Virus record (IMG/VR): IMGVR_UViG_3300020045_001036
Coordinates: 31,351 to 95,350 of that record
DNA length: 64,000 nucleotides
Reading direction: 5' to 3' (one strand)
Source: a virus
A model generated the notes under the pieces. That model worked only from the letters and a program-made list of their open reading frames with translations. It was not told the origin of the DNA and ran no database searches. Shown here one piece after another: positions 59,275 through 64,000 of this stretch (positions are counted from its first letter, which is position 1; every line of letters begins with the position of its first letter). The position numbers were made by a program, and so were the translations under genes.

Positions 59275-59979
59275 TTACCAACCTTCTTTTAATTCTTTTG
59301 TATAATCCTCACAGTTCAACATATCGTAAGTACCATCTGGTTTAACCCATACTATAATTCTTCTAGAAACCTTAATACCAGGTATTTGTTCTATCATATT
59401 TTGGTAGTAACTTAATTGTAATTGATACTTATTAAAACTATTATCTAGTAAGTGTGAGAACTTACCTGTCATTTTTTTACCTTTAAAATTTTTATAAAGA
59501 TCTTGATTAGTTTTCCAATCTATAATATAATAAGTATCTGTTATTGTACAATATCCTAAACAATCTAAAGTACCAGCAAACAAATTAACCTTATCTACCA
59601 TTCTAAGTTCAGCTGTAATATATTTAATAGACTTAGGGGTATTATCAAAGAATCTTTTAATAGCTATTTCTTCTATACAACTTGGTAATACTGTTCTATC
59701 TGATTGATACATTTCAGCAAAGTAGTGAATACTAGTTCCTCTATCTGTAGCTATCTTACCTTTAGCTGCCCATTCTGCTAATATCACATCTGCAGTAGTA
59801 TTTTGTTTTCTAGCTACATATCCTGCTATTCTTGGTGCATCAAATTCTTCATAGAATTTTTTTAGTTTACCTGATACTGATTTGGATATTTTAATACCAT
59901 TATAATGATATACGTGTTCTACTTCATTGAATTCAAGACCTTTAAAAAAGTCTTTTAAATATTGTTCTGAATATTCCAT
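59275..59979 (-). CDS. PD-(D/E)XK exonuclease (Cas4/RecB-like)
   Basis: F.EVEHVY, RGTSIH, AGTLD, IIDWKTN, YQLQLSYY. Confidence 0.85.
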   Translation of the reverse strand: MEYSEQYLKDFFKGLEFNEVEHVYHYNGIKISKSVSGKLKKFYEEFDAPRIAGYVARKQNTTADVILAEWAAKGKIATDRGTSIHYFAEMYQSDRTVLPSCIEEIAIKRFFDNTPKSIKYITAELRMVDKVNLFAGTLDCLGYCTITDTYYIIDWKTNQDLYKNFKGKKMTGKFSHLLDNSFNKYQLQLSYYQNMIEQIPGIKVSRRIIVWVKPDGTYDMLNCEDYTKELKEGW

Positions 59980-60013
59980 AATTTTGTTATTTATATATTA
60001 ACTTTTGTGAATA

Positions 60014-60021
60014 CAAAAGTA
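60014..60021 (-). promoter_or_regulatory. TAnnTTTG -7 promoter element (TACTTTTG)
   Basis: About 35 nt upstream of the nuclease ATG, just after a terminator. Confidence 0.55.
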
Positions 60022-60050
60022 CAATAAATATTTGACAATAAAGCTATATA

Positions 60051-60082
60051 AAACAAAAATCCCCAGATTTCTCTGAGGATTA
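60051..60082 (-). terminator. Intrinsic terminator after the holin-like genes
   Basis: Minus strand AATCCTCAGA-GAAA-TCTGGGGATT followed by T-rich tract. Confidence 0.7.
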
Positions 60083-60084
60083 TT

Positions 60085-60483
60085 TTACTTATTATGTAAT
60101 AATCTATTAACCCAAGTTCTACCATGTAATGCTTCACCTGTAAGTACTAATAGAAATATAAAGTTTAAACCTAACATGCCAAATTTTATAGGGTAGAATA
60201 AGCCTAACGAGGCACATACAAAAATACCTATATATTTAATCTTACAGATCCACTCTTCAAAATCTGTCATCTTATCATCTAATTTATGTATTAATACCAG
60301 TATTGACATTATCATTACTAGAAATAGTAATATATAATTTAATGTAAATATTTCTAAAGGAACATTTGCTACATGTCCTAATACATTCTTGACATGTAGT
60401 GATGCATGCCCTGATGTAGGTATCGAATCTAAGGCTATGTTGTTTGCATCTATTATTTTAAAGTTACTAATTATCTTACTCAT
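60085..60483 (-). CDS. Membrane protein (three TM segments), lysis-module candidate
   Basis: Hydrophobic segments; overlaps the holin-like gene. Confidence 0.6.
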   Translation of the reverse strand: MSKIISNFKIIDANNIALDSIPTSGHASLHVKNVLGHVANVPLEIFTLNYILLFLVMIMSILVLIHKLDDKMTDFEEWICKIKYIGIFVCASLGLFYPIKFGMLGLNFIFLLVLTGEALHGRTWVNRLLHNK

Positions 60484-60799
60484 CTTTATTCTTATTAAGT
60501 TTATCTACTATATATTTTTTTAATGTAGAAATTCCAATAACACCTATTAATCCAGCTATAGCAAAAGAACTCCCTTGAGATACTTTTAATCCTAAGTTAG
60601 ATAATATTTCCAATACTAAAGGTGTAAGTATTGTGCACATTATAGTAGTTAGTATTACCAATGTAGTCTTCTGTAATTTACTTTTAATATTCTTAGGAAT
60701 ATTAAGAAGTGTACCAATAAGAGCTGCAACTATTAAGTGTTTTTGTATTCCTATACTTTCTAAATCTATACTAGAAAACCACTCCATCATTTTTTCCAT
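60476..60799 (-). CDS. Holin-like protein
   Basis: 107 aa, three hydrophobic helices, charged C-terminus, multiple Met starts (MEKMME). Confidence 0.6.
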   Translation of the reverse strand: MEKMMEWFSSIDLESIGIQKHLIVAALIGTLLNIPKNIKSKLQKTTLVILTTIMCTILTPLVLEILSNLGLKVSQGSSFAIAGLIGVIGISTLKKYIVDKLNKNKDE

Positions 60800-60812
60800 A
60801 TTTTTTATTTAA

Positions 60813-60840
60813 ACTCAAGAGTTATTACTAACTCTTGAGT
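60813..60840 (-). terminator. Hairpin / probable terminator after the tail fibre gene
   Basis: Perfect 12-bp stem ACTCAAGAGTTA/TAACTCTTGAGT; poly-U tail weak. Confidence 0.5.
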
Positions 60841-60853
60841 ATATTATTATTTA

Positions 60854-63853
60854 TTACACTAAACTTATTGTTTTAGTTACTCCTGCGATTCTTATTTTTA
60901 ATCCTGTGTTTGTATTCGACTCTAACCATATGTCACCATCATTTGGAGAAGTAGGAGCAACACCAACATTAAGTTTTATCTGTGCTCTTGAAGTAGTTCC
61001 TGCTGCTAAAGTCAATAAAGCTGTTATTGAAGTTGTTAATCCTACACCTAACTTACCACCTCCTGCTACAACGGATACATCACCAGTATTATAAGAATTT
61101 ATATATACAGGTGCACTAACTCCTTTTGTTTTAGCTCCTTCTATAACCAAATCAGTCTCTCCAGATATACTTGCAAAATTTGGTGTTCTCCTAACTCCAA
61201 GCATGGCATCACCTAAAGTAGAACCAGGGATACTTAGCGCAGCAGTAGTATTAATTCTCATTATACCTGTACTCGTCTGTTGAATTAAAGCTCTAGGTTG
61301 ACCTGCATTATTCCAAACATCCCCAGCTGAAGCGGATGCTGGTGCATACTGCATTTGCCAAAAAGAATCACCAATTGCCAACCAAGTAGCGTCTTTAGTA
61401 TTGTCATAAAACCTGTGAACTCCTGGACTTGTTGTGTAATCCATATTAGTAGACATATTCATCTCATAGCTACCTAATGCTCCTACAGTACCTCTTATAT
61501 TGAATCCTGTTTTTGGAAATTCTATGACCGATGGGTTTGACCCGTTTGTTATAGTCATTTGTGGTTGTGTAGTATTTGTAGATGTTCCAAACTGCCCATA
61601 AGTAGTATACAAGCTTCCATCATGCTTAATACCACCCGTAGTCACTTCATTCTTTGAAAATTGTAATAAATCACCTAGACTTCCTGTTTTAGAATCTAAT
61701 GCGAGCAGTGTTCCTATAGACTGATTAAATCCATAACCTCCCCATCCTAAAGATTGATTGTCAAAGTGAAAGCCTATTCCTCCAAAATTATTTTGAATAC
61801 TTAAAGGAACGTTATCTACTGTTCTGTTGTTAGATACTGAATTATAACTATTTACAAAATCAAAATAATTAGTTCTTGTATAAACATTATTATTTATAGT
61901 CTTAGCTCCACCTATAGTTTCGTTACCTGTTGTATGTATTACGTTTGCGTCATTAGCAGGAGTATATCCATTCCAAGATGTACCTATAACAGCTCCATTA
62001 CCATCTATACTTGCTGTTTCTGTTCCTGCTAGATTCTGAACAGCTAAAACTTTTATTGTATTGTTTGCTCCTCCTTCTTTAAATGTTACTGCTCCAGCAT
62101 TAGTCTCTATTTGAGGTATTAAAGATATATTATAACTTGTTTGTAATGTAGGTGTCACACTTCCTGTTACTCCTGTACTCGTTACGTCTCTAAAAGAGTA
62201 GTCAACTCCATTAGTACCAGTACCACCTGTACCCCAAGAAGTATTTCTTCTAAATATAATCCATCCTATATGGATACCATTTCTTAAACCATTTGGAGAA
62301 TCCACATAAGGGTCTCTAAAAATACCTACAGATGCTTCATCATAATTAGCGTAAGAATATTGTCCTCTTTGTATTCTAATTAAACCTGATGAAAATTTCC
62401 ATACTTTACATGCACCAAATCTATTATTATTTGCTAATGCTGTAGTAACTCCAGCCACATCTATATTTAAAACATCTAATGTTTGTGTATCTGCACCTTC
62501 TACATCATTTTGATTTCTCATTCTAAATGTAGAGTCAACAGCACCAATTAAAGATAAAACAGGTCTTTTAGTTGTATTACCTATTCCACTTTTAAGTACA
62601 TTACCTCCTGTATGGGTAACTCTAGTACCTGTAGTACCAGGACTAACTATATTAGTTCCTTTAAATTTACTAAAACCTAAGAAATATAGTAACTGATTAA
62701 ATTTTGTTCCAATCCCATCAGCATAATATGGAAAAGAGTTGATAATATTTATAGTACTTAAATTAGAGTGTATTAATACCCAATATCCTATTATACTATC
62801 TAATTGCATCGTATCTGGAGGAACTAAGCTTTGAATAACTGTTCCTGTACTATCTACCCACACAAAACTCTCCGTTTGCGTTGTTCTATATGTAGCTAAT
62901 ATTCCCGTAGTGTTAACATTAATATTTGTAGGAATAAAAGTTATAGGGTCTACAATTTCTCCAACTACTTGTATATCAAACTTAGTAGTATCTGCATTTA
63001 TAGTAACTCCTGTACCACTAATAAATCTAGTGACTTGTAAGTAATTTGATTGTTTTTGTAATAAACTAATTGCGTTTTGTAGTGTTGTACTTGTAGTTAC
63101 TCTTGCCCATGTAATTGCAGAGTTGAATCCTGTTAAAACAACATTTCTCACATCTGTAGCTAAATCTCTAAATGTTTTATTACCTGACCAAAAATCAGTA
63201 ATACTTCCTGAAGCAGTTATGCTAGATTCTTTACTATTTAATTGAGTTTGTATACTACTTGTAGCATCGTTATAGAGTTTTTGACTATCTGTTTGGTAAT
63301 TTTTATTTGTGGCTTCTGTAACTAAAGCTGTAGTGTAATCTCCTGATTGTGCTACTACTGCTCCAGCTCTTCCAAAAACTGAATTTACATCATCAGCCCC
63401 TCCTTTAGACTTTTCCCAAATAGTTCCGTTATATATGGCATAATCGCTTACTTTAAAATTTAAACTATTAACTCCTAATCCTGCTACAGTTGTTTTATAA
63501 ACATCTCCTGTATTACCAATACCATCTACAAGTGTGGGAATATTGGTTGAAGCATTATAAAGACCTTTATACTCCATTATAGAATTTGGTAGTTGAGATA
63601 CTGGTACTTTACCTCCACTATCTAAACTTGCATAGCCATTTGAAACACCTTTACTAACTTTATCTTCTTTTAAATTTAAAGCATCGTATACTATATTTTG
63701 AGATGGAGCTTTAGTTGTAACTCCATCTACTATAATATCCTCAACTTGTATTTCTGTAGAGGTAGCTGTTTCTACTATTTTAAGTCTTTCATGTATATTT
63801 AATAACATATGGGAGATTTGATCCCTATTCCTTACAGCACTTTTTAAATCCAT
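60854..63853 (-). CDS. Tail fibre/spike protein
   Basis: NGYASLDSGGKVP..QLP, SVFGRAGAV, GNETIGGAKT fibre motifs; Thr/Gly/Asn-rich; C-terminal APTSPNDGDIW. Confidence 0.8.
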   Translation of the reverse strand: MDLKSAVRNRDQISHMLLNIHERLKIVETATSTEIQVEDIIVDGVTTKAPSQNIVYDALNLKEDKVSKGVSNGYASLDSGGKVPVSQLPNSIMEYKGLYNASTNIPTLVDGIGNTGDVYKTTVAGLGVNSLNFKVSDYAIYNGTIWEKSKGGADDVNSVFGRAGAVVAQSGDYTTALVTEATNKNYQTDSQKLYNDATSSIQTQLNSKESSITASGSITDFWSGNKTFRDLATDVRNVVLTGFNSAITWARVTTSTTLQNAISLLQKQSNYLQVTRFISGTGVTINADTTKFDIQVVGEIVDPITFIPTNINVNTTGILATYRTTQTESFVWVDSTGTVIQSLVPPDTMQLDSIIGYWVLIHSNLSTINIINSFPYYADGIGTKFNQLLYFLGFSKFKGTNIVSPGTTGTRVTHTGGNVLKSGIGNTTKRPVLSLIGAVDSTFRMRNQNDVEGADTQTLDVLNIDVAGVTTALANNNRFGACKVWKFSSGLIRIQRGQYSYANYDEASVGIFRDPYVDSPNGLRNGIHIGWIIFRRNTSWGTGGTGTNGVDYSFRDVTSTGVTGSVTPTLQTSYNISLIPQIETNAGAVTFKEGGANNTIKVLAVQNLAGTETASIDGNGAVIGTSWNGYTPANDANVIHTTGNETIGGAKTINNNVYTRTNYFDFVNSYNSVSNNRTVDNVPLSIQNNFGGIGFHFDNQSLGWGGYGFNQSIGTLLALDSKTGSLGDLLQFSKNEVTTGGIKHDGSLYTTYGQFGTSTNTTQPQMTITNGSNPSVIEFPKTGFNIRGTVGALGSYEMNMSTNMDYTTSPGVHRFYDNTKDATWLAIGDSFWQMQYAPASASAGDVWNNAGQPRALIQQTSTGIMRINTTAALSIPGSTLGDAMLGVRRTPNFASISGETDLVIEGAKTKGVSAPVYINSYNTGDVSVVAGGGKLGVGLTTSITALLTLAAGTTSRAQIKLNVGVAPTSPNDGDIWLESNTNTGLKIRIAGVTKTISLV

Positions 63854-63872
63854 TATATATATAATTATATGA

Positions 63873-64000
63873 TTAAATAACTACTCTTAGTTCTCCTGTA
63901 GCTGTTTTGTACCAATTATCTACTACAAGTCCTCCTGTAATAGCTGATGCATTATCTGCATATGTAGACAAGGGTGCTTGTATATCGTCTAAAGTGGCTA
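63873..64000 (-). CDS. C-terminal end of another fibre-like protein (partial)
   Basis: Manual translation ...ATLDDIQAPLSTYADNASAITGGLVVDNWYKTATGELRVVI*. Confidence 0.6.
   Translation of the reverse strand, partial: ATLDDIQAPLSTYADNASAITGGLVVDNWYKTATGELRVVI

Noticed and set aside
59275-59979. Cas4 of a CRISPR system
   Set aside because: No four-Cys Fe-S pattern flanking the nuclease core, no cas neighbours or array; treated as a stand-alone phage nuclease
7991-61094. Short antisense or nested ORFs in the track (e.g. 7991, 12495, 19769, 23581, 30777, 39171, 44646, 56823, 60906)
   Set aside because: Lie within long, motif-bearing genes and look like codon-bias shadows
1-64000. Stop-codon reassignment (TAG or TGA) as in some crAss-like phages
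   Set aside because: Long genes are intact in code 11, TAG and TGA end genes with tight coupling to the next start, and no suppressor tRNA is seen

Overview
AT-rich (about 30% GC by eye) 64-kb segment of a crAss-like, Bacteroidota-infecting phage, read in the standard genetic code. 1-3.2 kb is a dense RNA region: 9 canonical tRNA genes, a circularly permuted tRNA-like module, four covarying copies of a structured ncRNA sharing AGTTACTTCAA (Y RNA/YrlA-like, some carrying tRNA anticodon-arm mimics), other hairpin RNAs and a free-standing LAGLIDADG endonuclease gene. 3.2-30.6 kb (+ strand) is the replication and metabolism arm: PolA, SF2 and DnaB-like helicases, AAA/Sak4-like ATPase, primase, a putative complete ubiquitin-like conjugation cassette (Ubl, E2-like, JAB, tiny Zn finger, E1/ThiF), resolvase, ThyX, class II RNR, RNA ligase, DNA ligase, three metallophosphoesterases and a Prs-like plus Nampt-like pair (NARP1-type NAD+ reconstitution). 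30.7-64 kb (- strand) is the virion arm: ejected cargo proteins including a 4320-aa virion RNA polymerase, tail proteins, IHF-like protein, PD-(D/E)XK nuclease, holin-like proteins and tail fibres. The strongest leads are the phage-encoded Ubl system and the tRNA-mimic/Y-RNA-like array. All assignments come from motif reading by eye; no database search or folding program was run.
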